A stretch of DNA of 64,000 nucleotides from the human T2T-CHM13v2.0 reference genome, Homo sapiens: assembly GCF_009914755.1 (NCBI RefSeq), contig NC_060929.1, one strand, 5' to 3'. Of this stretch, positions 39,261 through 52,280 are shown piece by piece; the first letter of the stretch is position 1; every line of letters begins with the position of its first letter. The translations under genes were made by a program, and so were the position numbers. The notes beneath the pieces were generated by a model that made no database searches, had not been told where the DNA came from, and saw nothing but the letters and a program-made list of their open reading frames with translations.

Positions 39261-40565
39261 TATTATTTTATTTTACCATTATTTTAAATATATGTGTATA
39301 TATAAATGTATAGGCATATATGCCATGAACTCAGGTTACAAGAACATAACTTTATTTTCCTAAAACTGAATCTACTTTCCTTCTTGAAGTCTATTCCATC
39401 AGAAGGCATAACATGGATTCTCATTACTGCCAGAGGAACTCAGTCATTTCAGTTATTTGGGACTTACAGGCTTAAACTCAGACAAATTCAGGATTTCCCT
39501 GTTTCCTTCCTTTCCCCTGGAGTTGATGTGGCAAGATGGCGGCATCCTCAGACAGGCATATTTGCCACGACCTGGGCTTTGTCGTCAGTACCCGTGGTGC
39601 TTGGCTGGTGGGACCATGCTGGGCTGTCACTTGGTCCTGTCTTTCACTGCATGTGGCTTTCTCATTTCTGCTGCCCTCAGAATGGCATAGAGGTTGATAT
39701 GAGGGGTTTTCTGTCCTCCCAGAACTCCAGAGAAATTGGGAGACGAGAAGGGTGGTAAGGAAAGGGGCATAGGGCCCGTTATAAGTGTCTGAAGTCTTTC
39801 CTTTTCTTTCAACAGTTTTCTCCCCACCGAGCTGGGAGAACATTGTAACTTCGTGGTAGGGTGGAGGGGTGTGTGTGTTGATTTGCATTCTTCCTAGTCT
39901 TTCCTGTATTGTTCTTGAAACAAGGCTAAAAGTGAGGAAATTTTAGTGTCATTTTTTTCTGAGTTTGTTGTTATACTTCTCATTTTCAGGAGGCTTCAAA
40001 TGTTTTGACCTAGACCTTGGACTTAGGGGATTGAAGGGGAAAAACACATCACAGTATTTTACTCACTGTTCCACCTGGAATACAGTTTCACAAGCTGGCT
40101 AACTAAGTACTGCCACTGTTTCCCCAATCATCCAGAAGAGGAAACAAACTCAGAAGTTGAGTAACTTGCTTACAGTCATCTAGGTAGAAAGGAGTGACTT
40201 AAAACCAGGTATGTGAGGCTCCAAACACATGCTTCACAACCTCTTTCTATGTAATGAGCCACCTGAGACAACAGCATCACTTCCCCACTGACTGTGGGCA
40301 TTGCCAGCCTCCTAATTCTTCATCAGCCATAATGATGAAGGCCCTGCTAGGAGTCCCACTCCACTCCCTCATCAGGGATGGGCTGAGCCATCCCTGAAGC
40401 TGCACAATGTGCTGATCACTGAACATTGGACGGTCCAACTACCCTGTAGCAGAACAGCATTGATAATAATGTGTCTTCTCTCCTATTGTCTCATTCAGTC
40501 CCAGATTTCTCCATTTCCTGCTTGATGTGTGCATGCTAAGCACACGGAAACACATGATTTATGTA

Positions 40566-40647
40566 TTAGGTTGATGCAAAAGTAATTGTGTTTTTTTCCC
40601 ATTACTTTTAATAGCAAAAACTGCAATTACTTTTACACCAGCCTTAA
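40566..40647. mobile_element. MADE1 (Hsmar1 mariner MITE)
   Basis: TA|TTAGGTTGATGCAAAAGTAATTG...GCAATTACTTTTACACCAGCCTTAA|TA: ~80-bp palindrome with TA duplication. Confidence 0.9.
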
Positions 40648-41439
40648 TAAATCTCTGTTAATAGTGAATAAATGTGTATCAAAGGGTTAAAGGCCTCTAA
40701 AGGGGCTGGCTCTTAGTCCTCTCGGTCTGTGGTGCAACAGGGCTCCTGGGCTCTGCTCATCCTAGCTGTCAGATTAATGGCAGGGACTTCTGCAGTGATC
40801 TCAGCCACACATGCTGCCTCTTCTATGTGACCCAGAACAGAGCTCAGAGTGAGGTCGTATTGATTTCATGAGAAGCTGGGCCTGCATCTTTTCTTTCACT
40901 CTAGGTTTGTTGGCTCCTGCCTGTAAGATGGCTGAAGGCTATCATTTTTGTTTGGAGGATTAATTAGAATAGATTTCTTTGACTTGGGATGCCAATAAAA
41001 CCTGTGGTCTCCAGCTATTGATTTATGATGCTAAGCAGGAAGTGTTGGTCCCTGAACAGGCCCCAAGAAAGTAGTGGTATTGGGCATTTTGATGCTCGGG
41101 TGGTTAATTGTGGCAAACTGGAAAAGAATAAGAACACATAGGAGCTTTGGGGGGTACCGTGGTGGAAGGGAGATTGGTACAAGGGCCACCCTGATTCAGT
41201 GAATGAAAAGAGAATCTCATTTCCTGTGAATGATGTGGCTGAGAAATTGAAAGGGACATTTGTGAACTTTGGAGACTGAGATGATTGTGAGCAAATTAAT
41301 AGCTAGATATCTGAGACGTTTGTTCTTATGCAGATAATTGAGTTCTGAAGAGAGAGAGGTCACTGGTCCTTCAACTTCTCCATCGTCTCAGAGTCCAAGT
41401 TATGATAAATTTCTAACTTTTATTCCCCAGATGACCTCT

Positions 41440-42240
41440 CAATTTAATTCAATTCAACAAGCATTTATTAGCACCTACTGTGGTGGTGGGAGGGAAGAGG
41501 GTATAAGAAAGCAAAAGTCAGCCCCAAGTGTGACAAACTCCTTAAGAGAATGGAACATGCCATTTTCAAACCCGTGATTAGAATACAAAGTGGACTCTCG
41601 GAGGATGAGGGTGGCATAGGAGGAGAGATTTAGACTGAGAGTGAATGAGAACTTTTCATGATGGGTGGCATTTGAGCACAGTTTCAAGCACAGTGGCATG
41701 TGGCAAGGGGTTCCACATGAAGGAATCATCATCATGAAGAGGGTGGGCTTAGGACTTACTCGGGCTCTTTCCTTGGGTACTACTGTGACTGGAGCTTAGG
41801 TAAATGTAATAAAAATAGGTCAAAATATAGGTGTGGCCAAATCATGGAGAAACTGAAGAGCAGACTAGGGAGTTGGGGATTTGATTCTGTAAGTAGCGGG
41901 GAGCTATTGAAAGTCTTTGAGGAGGAGAGGGCCATGAATGATAAGACAGCCATCCAGGAAGCATGGTCCTGCATCCTGTGCCAATGAGATCAATGCAGCA
42001 AGGGAGGGGCAAAAGATGCCACTGAAGAAGTTACCACCACAGTCAGGGGAGAAAAAGATAGATATGTTAGGGGAGGCAGGGCAGGAAGGAGACCAATGAT
42101 GTGGACTTTCAATCCTCAGTTTTGTCATCAGTAAAATGGGGGATCTATTATTGTTTCTAGGGTTTGAGAGTTGGTAGACTTAGGCGATGAAAGGAAAGGA
42201 TGCATCAGAAATTTTTACTAGGTTTGCAGCCTGAGCATCA
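41440..42240 (-). mobile_element. L2
   Basis: ATTCAATTCAACAAGCATTTATTAGCACCTACTGTG...GGCCAAATCATGGAG...GAGCTATTGAAAG. Confidence 0.65.
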
Positions 42241-42659
42241 TCTTTCTTAATCCCTTTTTCCTTCTGGCGCCCCCCCCCCTTTTTTTTTTTAAACCTGGGA
42301 AGTTGCTGGCTATAAATAGGGTATATCTGGGACCTCGGTGTGTACGAATGAGTGGCCAGTTTGCAGGCACAAGATTAACAAGGTGCTGTCTTCCTGCCTA
42401 AATACTTGGCTTAGGAGTTGTAGAGAAACCAGGCAGTGTGGGAGCAAGAGGAGGACATGTGGGCAGAGCACCAGGAGGCTCTGCTTCAGACTACTGGCTA
42501 GAGATAAACAAGTCCTCCTCCTTCCTGACCCTCTGTCCCCAATTTGTCATTTAGTGATAACTTCCTGGCCTCAGGAGTCTTCTGTAAGGATGAAAGAGAT
42601 TGTGCTCTCTTTTTAAAAGATAAAATACTAAAACTGCAATTAGTTATTATAGCCCTTTT

Positions 42660-42890
42660 GGGAAGCAGCATGATGGAGGCAGTGAAGAGCACTGGCTCTG
42701 GAGTCAGGCAGCCTGGGTTTGAGTCTTGTCTGCATTACTTACCAGCTTTGTGATGATAGGTAACCTAAATTCTCTGTGCTTCAATTTCCTCCTCAGTTAA
42801 CATGAACGTAATAATAGTCGTCTGTTAGGTATGATGTGAGGAGGACTCACACAGTGCCTGGCACACTTGTTGCCGGATAAATGTTTGCAA
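42660..42890 (+). mobile_element. MIR
   Basis: GGCTCTGGAGTCAGGCAGCCTGGGTTTGAGTC...CACAGTGCCTGGCACAC. Confidence 0.8.
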
Positions 42891-44615
42891 TGATGAGAAT
42901 GATGCTGCCCTGCACTGCCAATGATGGGCTCTCTGAATACTAGTGTGCCTTTGATACCCATAAACCCAGCAAAACTATGCTGCTTGCATCTTTCCTTCCA
43001 GCTCCTGCCTCAATTTCTATTCAAGGTGGGCATCTCATTGCATCACAGAACATCACAGCAGTTAAGCAAGGAGGTTTCTCTCATCTAATACTTTATCTGT
43101 TCTTTCAACTACTGATCAGAAGGAATCTTACCTCCTGGTTATAGGGAATGCTCTACCTCTATAGACAGCCAAGTCCACGTATAGATAGCTTTGAAGATTA
43201 AAGTGCAAATCTACTTACTGATCTCTTCCTTTTTTGTTTGTGTGTATGTGCATGTATGTGTAAAACACACCCAAAAAATTACTTCCAGATACTCTCACTA
43301 ATGCAAGAAGTGAGTCCTTAATAAAACATTGACTGTTGAGAAGGGAACAGTGGTAGAAAAAATAGTAAGATATGTACTCAAGATTTGGAAATGTAGAGAA
43401 ATAAGTAAAATCAATTGAGAACAACCACCACATCTATAATGAGCTTCCCCTTCCCTGCCAGCTCACCCTTAGCTGAGGGGACTTACAAATGTAATGAGAA
43501 GAAATGGACTTTATGCTGTAGGCAGGATTTGGATTAGATGTTCAAGAGCTTCCTGCCTGGGAAGTGATCAGGGAATGTCCAGGCTTCTCCGGATTGTTCA
43601 CATGTCTTCCCTGTATGTGCCAGGAGGTGCTTTCATACCAGGAACTTACTAATTGCAAGAAGGAGAGGAAGGAGAAGGAGAGGAGAGTCTATCAAAATCC
43701 ACTCTGTTAAGGAGAAGTTCAATAGAGAGGCCAGTATTCAGAATGACTCATGCCCTGTCTGACTTCTCAACAGCTAGAGGTGCTTGGCTGGCTTGGGTTT
43801 CCCAGCTGCCTTGTGCTCAGAAGGCATTCAGGGGAGGCCTCAAACTGGCTTTAAGATTGATCTGGTTAGCACCAATATCACCTACTATGGGTTGTGAAAA
43901 CTCTTTGGTCATAAAAATAATAGCAATACAGTAAAAACCTTGGCTATCTAAGAGGCCTCAGGAAATGAAGCATTTTGAATAGTGGAATTTTCCATAAAAC
44001 TGAGGATTTAAAACCATTTAAGTAGAGGCTATTATTTTTGTATTTTAGATGGATTGAATCAATATAACATAACATTTCTTGTTTGCTTGGAGACAACAAA
44101 CAAATGATAGTTATTGTTCTATGTCATTAATATAGTAGTTCCCTAGGGGATTAATGAATCACACAGTTTACCCCAAGACTAAATGCTGAAACCTTTGTGC
44201 CTGTTGAGATCTTCTGTCTGCTTTTTAGTTTTTCTGACCCTCTTTGCTACAAGACATCTTTGCCTCTCATTTCTTGCTAATCTCAGTACATCTGCCTGAA
44301 ATGGTTTCTATTTTTTCTCTGATTTCTCTTGTCTTCATTTTCATATTATAAAGTACCATTGATCTTGCATATCATTGTTGTAACTGGTATCAGATCATTC
44401 AAGTAGAGGCTCTCTATATTTATATTAATTTATTTGTTTAACAAATGAGTATTGGGCATCTACTCTGTAGTAGGCAGCATGGTAAGTGCCAAAGATTCAA
44501 TGATGAAAAACTGAGATGACATAAGTTGTTTATTGTTACAATCTGGCAACTGGCTTATAAAGGGTGCGTTGGCTCCACCCTTTATGCAAGTCCCTGTTTG
44601 TCAGTATATTCTAGC

Positions 44616-44785
44616 TTAGTGGTTCTCATATTTGAATGTGCCTCAGAATAACTTGGAGCACTTGTTAAACACACATAGCTGAGCTCCACTCCTGGAGTTT
44701 CTGGTTCTTGGGCGAGAAGGTGAGAATGTGCGTCTCTACTAAATTCCCATGGCATGGCCTGGGACTATACTTGGAGCGACACTTC
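44616..44785 (-). mobile_element. MER5A-like MITE
   Basis: AGTGGTTCTCA...TCAGAATAACTTGGAG..CTTGTTAAACACACATAGCTG...GAGAATGTGC. Confidence 0.65.
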
Positions 44786-46410
44786 CTTCGCCACATGACC
44801 TTCCCTTTGTTGTTCGAATGTCAGTCTTGTTTCTACCTCAAGGCATTTGCATTGAGGCACTTAGCGGGTGTGTACCCTCTGTCTGATCTTGGCCTGGCTG
44901 CCACTTGTCATCATGTTTTTAGGGAGGCCTCCCCTGAGCATCCTTATTTATGTTGCTCCCGTCTTCCCAGGCACTCAATGTCACTGCACTTGGTTTTGTT
45001 CCCTTCTTGGGCCTTTGCCACTCTTTGAAATTATCTCTATAGGATTGTCTCAGGGGTGGCTGTGATTGAAGAGATACTAACAGACCCAGGCAAAGAATGC
45101 ATGTCTCTTTAATGCAATTAAAAGAAGTAAGAGTTTAAGTTCATGAAGACAGCTACACAAAGCAGAGGGCAGAGCAGCATTTTTTTTCACTGGAAGTCCC
45201 AGCCCTTCAAGTCCCTGTGGCTAGTAGTGTCAGCTGACTGAGGCAGAGGTCCCATAAGTCTCCCGAGCAGCTGCAACTCATCCATTCTCAGGGTCTTTAT
45301 ACACACCAGTCTCCTGTTTACTGATCTGCAGACACAGAGGAGTGTTTCCTGCAAGGTCGATTTCCCAGGTGAAAGATCTCCCAAGCAGGATGGAACTTCA
45401 AACTTTCCTGAGTCTTATATTTGTATTTATCTGTGTGATCTATTTTATTTTATTTGATAGCTGTCTTTTCTCCCACTAGCATATAAGCACCATGAGAACA
45501 GGGGCATGTCTGTGTTCTCTTCCAGCATTTTCCAAGCACCTAGACAGGACCTGGCAGAAAATGGGCACTTAATATATATAAGCTCCCTCCTCCTTCCCTC
45601 ACCTAATAGCAAAGTAAGTATGTGCCTCTTGAATGTAATTTAATTCTTTCAGGGAACTGAACAGACATGTTCTCAAAGAAAGCCTCTTCTGTTACCCTGT
45701 AGCTCATTTCAGAGCATGCCGAAGAAGGAGAAAGGCAAATACAAGTGAGAGAAATGTTTTTCCCTCTGTATCTTAATGTGGCAAGAGCTCTTGGGCAAGA
45801 AACCATCTCCTCATGTTCAGCTTTCTTTTTCCTTCCTCTCATTTCTCCTGTTCTTGTGTCGCTCTGACTTCAGAGCCATAATAACAAACCTATTACTGCA
45901 ATAAGATGCCAGAAGGGGAAAATGAGACTAAGTTACCGAGGAAGAAAGAGATGCAGCACCAACCCCAAGCCTCTCTGAAGAGCCTGCAGGCTGTTGAATA
46001 AGGGATGTCAGTTTAATTGCTTCTTTTCTCCCTTGGTATGGTATAGATGCGTCTGTTCTTTTTCTCTTTTTGTTCTCTATTAGGTTCACAAATTATTTTG
46101 CCATAGATGCTAATAGCATCTGCGAAGAGGCAGTGTAATTCTGGAGTGGCCATTCCTTGGGTTTCTCTCTGCCCCCACTGCTCCTTATGTTAACTTTCTC
46201 CAGCCAGATGAGCAGCTCTTTGAAGACAGGAGCTACATCTTGCTGAGGGTTACCTGATGATTCTGTTGCTCACAGAAGCATGCACAAGGTTGCATACTAC
46301 AAGCATCTGAAAATTCTCATAGAAGCAAAGTCTCTATGTCTTTTCCTAGCCCCTTCTCCTCCCGCTTTGTGGTTGACTTAACCAAGGGAGATACTGAGTG
46401 AATTCTGACT

Positions 46411-46517
46411 TTTTTTTTTTTTTTTTTTTTTGCGACGGAGTCTCGCTCTGTCGCCCAGGCTGGAGTGCAGTGGCGCGATCTGGGCTTGCTGCAAGCTCCG
46501 CCTCCCGGGCTCACTCC
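46411..46517 (-). mobile_element. 5'-truncated AluY with intact CpGs
   Basis: T22 tail then GACGGAGTCTCGCTCTGTCGCCC...GGCGCGATC...CAAGCTCCGCCTCCCGGG; TSD AGTGAATTCTGACT (46397-46410) / AGTGAATGCTGACT (46518-46531). Confidence 0.85.
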
Positions 46518-46734
46518 AGTGAATGCTGACTTTTTTTTCTGATTTTCCCAAGGAAGGCTGACAGGTAAGTGCCCGCATTATGATGATTTATTTGTTTATA
46601 CAAATATGATTATTGCAAACCCTGCTAGGTGTTAGGCTCTGTGCCAGGCATGTGGAAGGTAATAGTGATCAAGACAGATAGGCCCTTACTTTCTTGAGCC
46701 TATTTTCCATAGGAAAGCTGACAAAAGCAAGTTA

Positions 46735-47075
<341 letters not shown>

Positions 47076-47509
47076 CAAGGTGATCAGAATAGTGGATAAT
47101 GAGAGAGATAACCTTCTTTCCATGGAATGGTACGGGAAGGACCCTGGGAAAGTCATCTGAGACTCTGAAAGTTAATCTGGGACCTAAAAATGGAGAATCA
47201 GCCAGTTCTGTTGAAGAATAAGAGGATAAACACATGCAAATGTACTAAGGTGAGCGAAGTCCTATTGAGGAACTAAAAGAGGCTTAGTTTGGGAGAGGGA
47301 GAAAATGACATCAATCCAAGCTGGAGGAGAAAGCAAGGACTAGATCATGAGTTGGATATTCATTTTGTTTAAGTCCAACATCCTGTTCTGTTGCTCCTTT
47401 TGTCAATTAGAGCATGAAGAAACCACAGATTAATTCTCAAACTTTCATATACATCGGTCTCTCCCAGGGAGCTTATAAAAGTGCAATACTTGCTCAGAGC
47501 TTCTGACAC

Positions 47510-48215
47510 AGTAGCCATAATAAGCACAGGTTCTTTCTGTTGGAAGTCATAGAAATTCAACTAAAATCAACTTAAGCAAAGCCAAAACAGAAGTAATGGC
47601 TTCTCTATTTTGGAATCAAAGAGGTGGTGTTAGCTTCAGGCATGACTCCATCTAGCAGTTAAAATAATATCCCTAATGCTAGATGACACATTAGTGGGTG
47701 CAGCGCACCAGCATGGCACATGTATACATATGTAACTAACCTGCACAATGTGCACATGTACCCTAAAACTTAGAGTATAATAAAAAAAAAAAAATATCAT
47801 TAAAGCTCCCTCTCTCTTTTCTAAAAAGTTGTTCTTCTAATTTATTTATTGGCTTCATCCTTAGGAATGCTTTCTCCACATGGTAGTAAAAATAGGCATC
47901 AGAACTCCAGGCTTGTATTATCCTCATAGGTAGTGATCCCAGAGGAAAGGGTGCTATGTTCTCTTTTTCATTTCCACGTTAACCCCTCTAATGGATTTGG
48001 ATTGGCCCTGCTCGGGTCAAATTCCCACAGTGGAAGTGTCCAAAGAGATGTACATCATCTCTTTGGACACTCTCTTTAGTTTGCTGCCTAAGCAGAGAAA
48101 GCAGGGTCACTTGAGTGATAGAATCACCAGATTCACTTGGCTTGGGGAAAGGATAGTTTCCATAAAGAAGAAATGTTCAAACAGGAAAGACTAAAAGTAG
48201 CAGACATTCCCCACA
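47510..48215. mobile_element. Old MaLR LTR (MLT1J/K-like), host of the L1HS insertion
   Basis: TTCTTTCTGTTGGAAGT..AGAAATTCAACT..GCTTCAGGCATG...GATTGGCCCTGCTCGGGTCA. Confidence 0.6.
47672..47794 (+). mobile_element. L1HS Ta-subfamily 3' end, extremely 5'-truncated
   Basis: CCTAATGCTAGATGACACATTAGTGGGTGCAGCGCACCAGCATGGCACATG...CCCTAAAACTTAGAGTATAAT plus A13. Diagnostic ACA (47688-47690) and G (47773). TSD core AATATC (47666-47671, 47793-47798). Confidence 0.92.
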
Positions 48216-48559
48216 AAAGGCCTGGGCAGGGCAGAATTCTGACCTCCTAACACTAGCACCATGACTCCTTTATGTTGGTAAATAACAGACAGTGCTTTGA
48301 AAAACATTGCCAGAGATCACTTTGCGGGTTGAGAAACTGAAACTGAGTTCATAGAGAATGGGAATTCACCACAATGACAGACAAGAATGCTATGAAAATT
48401 GTTAAAAGACTTACAAGAGTCTCATAGTCATTGTCTTGGTTTCTAGGTCTCCCTTCTTGAATGTTAGTAATGTTATACATGGTAGGTTCCCACCCCACTC
48501 TTTATTATATACAGAAAGCAGAAATCAACTTGCTTATTTTTACAAAGAGAACTCATTTG

Positions 48560-50550
48560 AAAGATATGATTTGTCAAATAGTTCAGAAAATTCTGCTGAA
48601 ATTTTAGTTAAAGTTGCACTGAAAAATAAGGGGAAAATTAACATTATTTCAAATGTGAAATATCTGATCCATGACTATAACTCTCTCTTTCTTGGTCTTC
48701 TTTATGCCATTAAGTGAATTTAAAAATATGGTGTTATACACTATTCCTTCATAGTACCTAGCTATTTTATTATTTTTGCTATTATGAATGAATTTCTGTT
48801 TTCTATTGGTTATTGCTGGTGTAGACACATATTACTGCATTTTATATGTTTACTGAAATCTGGTCACCCTACTGAATTCTATTCTATTAGTTTGTTTCCT
48901 GATTCTGTTGGGTTTTATAGATAGATAATCATATAATCTGCTAATACGAAAGTTTTGTCTCTCTTCTCCTAATAGTATGCTTTTATTTTTCTTGTGTTAC
49001 TAAATTGGGCATAGCTTTCAGTATTATTTTGAACGGTACTGGTGATATACGAAATCTTGGCTTATTCTTGATTTGAAGATTTGAAGACTATATATAGGAT
49101 TTTCATTAAGTAGGATATTATATTGGATATAGGTTAATGGAATATAGCCTTTATCAGTGGAAGCTCTTTCATCTCTGTTTTTCAAAAGGTTTTTATAATT
49201 AAATAGATATTGAATTTTATAAAATGTTTTAAAAAACGTATTGAGATAACAATGTGATTTTCCTCCTTGCATCCATGATTGTGGAGAATTACATGGATAG
49301 TTTTTTCTAATGTTAAACCATTTAACAATTGCCTTTCTTGAATAAATCCTACCTAATCATAATGGATTGTCTGAAAAATTATTTAAAGCTAACATTTTTT
49401 TGGGGGGCTTTTATATGTGTTTGAATGGATAGATATATAATTCTCTTTTACTTGTAATGTTCTTTCTCAGTTTTTATGTAAAGTTTATATAAGTCACCTA
49501 AAAATTCATTGAAAATATTTTCCTCTTTTTTTCTTTTACAATTTGTACAGTGAGGGATTATTATCTCTTCCTTGAAAGTTTATTAGAACTCTTTTGTAGA
49601 ATTATCTGAACCTAAGGCTTTTTTTTTTTTTCGAGAGAGCAAAGGACTTTTATTGTTATCTCAATTCTTTAAATGTCTAATTAGATTATTTAATTTTTTA
49701 TATTTCTTTCTTGTATCAATTTTGATATATATTTATATTTTTTAAATTTTATATTTCATTTAGATTTCTGATTTTATGTATGGTTTATAATTTTGGAATT
49801 AAAAATTCTGTTTGACCTGTTCTCAATTTGTGGCTTAAAAAATTTATATACTATCTTTAAAATGTCTTAATCTGCCATTTCAGAGGTGTTCTCACATTAT
49901 TATTTTCAAACATCCATATTTTAGATTTTTTAAATTTTTGTAATTACTTTTTTCTTTATTACTTTCTATATATAAAAATATATCCATCCTACTTTTTTGG
50001 TATATCTGATATTCTTTTTTATTTTCTTGAGTTGAACACTTAGCTTGCTTACTTTTAATTATTATTGCTTTCTGTTAATTACATTTAAAGTTAGAATTTT
50101 TTCTTCTAGTACAGCTTTGGCCATTTTCTACAATTATCAATGTGTATTGATTTCATTGTTTTTGATAAAAAAGTGTTTTATAATTTCACTCATAAATTTC
50201 TCTTTAACTCAAGGACTGTTCAGTAGCATTTTTTGTTTTAGTTTGTAGATATATATAACTTTTAAGTTATAATTAAAATTATTAATTTTATTCTACTGTG
50301 ATCAGACTCTGTAAGATGTTGATTCTTTGGGATATCTTGAGCCTTCCTTTGTGTCTTTTAGTTTTGTAAATTCCCCATGAATGCTTGAAAGCATCAATGT
50401 ACTTCATTTGATAGGTACGAACTTTCGTACATGTTTACTAGGTCTAGCTCATTAATTGCATTAGGAAAATCTTCTATATCTTTATTTTTTGTTTACTTGA
50501 TCTATCAGTTTCTGAGAAGGGTGTATAAAAATTTCTTATTTCTTGATATA
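48560..50550 (-). mobile_element. Old, degenerate L1M ORF2 region
   Basis: T-rich L1 antisense text: TTTTCTATTGGTTATTGCTGGTGTA, GATATTGAATTTTAT, TTGAAAGTTTATTAGAACTC, TTTCTGAGAAGG. Confidence 0.75.
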
Positions 50551-51149
50551 GTTCTGTACACTCCAACAATTAAATATCAAGTCCAGTTTTCAAATTTTCT
50601 TTTTTTTTTAAGCAGCAGAATAATTTTGTCACATAAAGTCTTGTCCAAGATTCCAGTTCAAAAATAGATAAAAGCAGATCTATTCTTGTTGAAGGGAGGG
50701 AGGGTTGTGGGGACTGTATCCCTTCCTTAGTCCCCAACAACCCTCCCCAAAACACTGCAAAACCCCAGTACAGTAGGGAGCAGGGTTTGAAAACCACTGG
50801 GAAAGGGATGGGAGAGCCAGACTTAAAGTCAACCCCATTTCTGTTTTCAATTGGCTTTGTCTCTTTAACCAGATTATTCTTCTTCTCCATAAAATGAGAG
50901 GGTTGAGACAGATGCTTTTTTGAAATCTTCTCCAGATATGAAATTCTATCATTCTAAATATTTACTGGGTGCCGACTAAGTGCCCAGCACTAAAATCATA
51001 TGAACTTATATATTTTACCAATATGTCATTTGCTTTTCCTCCGTTATCTCATTTGATCTTCAGATCAGCAGGGAAAAGTGGGCTAATCCTTATGTAGAGA
51101 TCTGTTTCCAATTCATTGGAAATGGTCATTAGAAGACAGACAAGAATCT

Positions 51150-51335
51150 TAGTAGTTAAGACTATGGGGTTTGAGGTCAGGATTCAAATCTCATCCCTGT
51201 GACTTACTAGCCATGGATCCTTAGGCAAGCTACTTAACTCCTCTGAGGCTGAGACCCTTTTTCCTCTGTAAAATGGTGGTGATAATGATGTCCAGTACGT
51301 GCCTGGTACATTGTAGGTGGTCAATAAGTATTAAG
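51150..51335 (+). mobile_element. MIR
   Basis: GTAGTTAAGA...GACTTACTAGC...GGCAAGCTACTTAAC..CTGTAAAATGG...TCAATAA. Confidence 0.7.
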
Positions 51336-52054
51336 ATGTCTTCTTGTAAGAAGTAGAAATTCTAGGGTAGGAGACAGAAACAACAGATGGAAAACACACT
51401 GTGGAAGAATGCTGCACTCGAACATCAATAGAAATGACAGTTGGTGCTTCCTGACTTCCAGGTTAGATGTGTAAATCTCAGACAGGTTTTTCCTGGGACC
51501 TCTGGCCTTAATGTGTCTGAACCTTCCTTGGCTTCAAGGCCTCTGTTTTGATTGCCAAGAGAAATGACACAGAAACTCTAGAAGCCCTGGCTTGGAGTCT
51601 CTCTGTGGGTCTGCTCACAGCACAGCACTGCATAGGTTCATTATACAGTCATGAGGAGACTTTGGGTAATGTGCTGACCTTGTTATAATTAATGGATAGT
51701 GGGGTAATGGGTCTGTGTGACTCATTAGATAGAGAAAAGAGATCCAGCTCTTCTCATTTTGTTTAATTGAAATTCTAAAACATTTATTACTTTGGGCACA
51801 TGATAGTAACTGGGTTTTTAAATATCAAAGTGATGATTTCAGCTGTTCCCCAAAGGGAAAACAGGATTGGAAGTTTCAAAGCAATAAAAAGAAACAACCT
51901 GAAGGGGCAGAGACAGGAAATTTGGAGGATTGGGGTTTGTTTGGGTAAATGACTTGGACAAGTTCCTTCACTTCTTGGGGCCACAATTTACTCATGGTGA
52001 GATGAGGAGATTGAAAATGCCACCATCACAATGACCCCCGACACCCCCACCATC

Positions 52055-52280
52055 ATAGTTGCTGAAAACTCGTTAGGTACGGCACTAAGCCAAGCACTTC
52101 ATGTGCATTGCTTATTTGATCTTCATGCATGGTAGAATAGGTACTATGCTTACTGCCAATTAACTAAGGAAGAAGTAGAGTTTTAAAGAGGTTGAATCAC
52201 TCACCCGAAGCCACCCAGGAAGTAAAGAGTGATGCTGGGATTTGAACTTTGGTCCATGTAACTCCAGAACTCTTGTTCTT
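52055..52280 (-). mobile_element. MIR
   Basis: GGCACTAAGCCAAGCACTTCA...GCTGGGATTTGAAC...ACTCCAGA. Confidence 0.6.

Noticed and set aside
39306-39888. Cluster of four overlapping ORFs with a few CpGs
   Set aside because: No homology I can recognise, not a CpG island, and consistent with chance ORFs.
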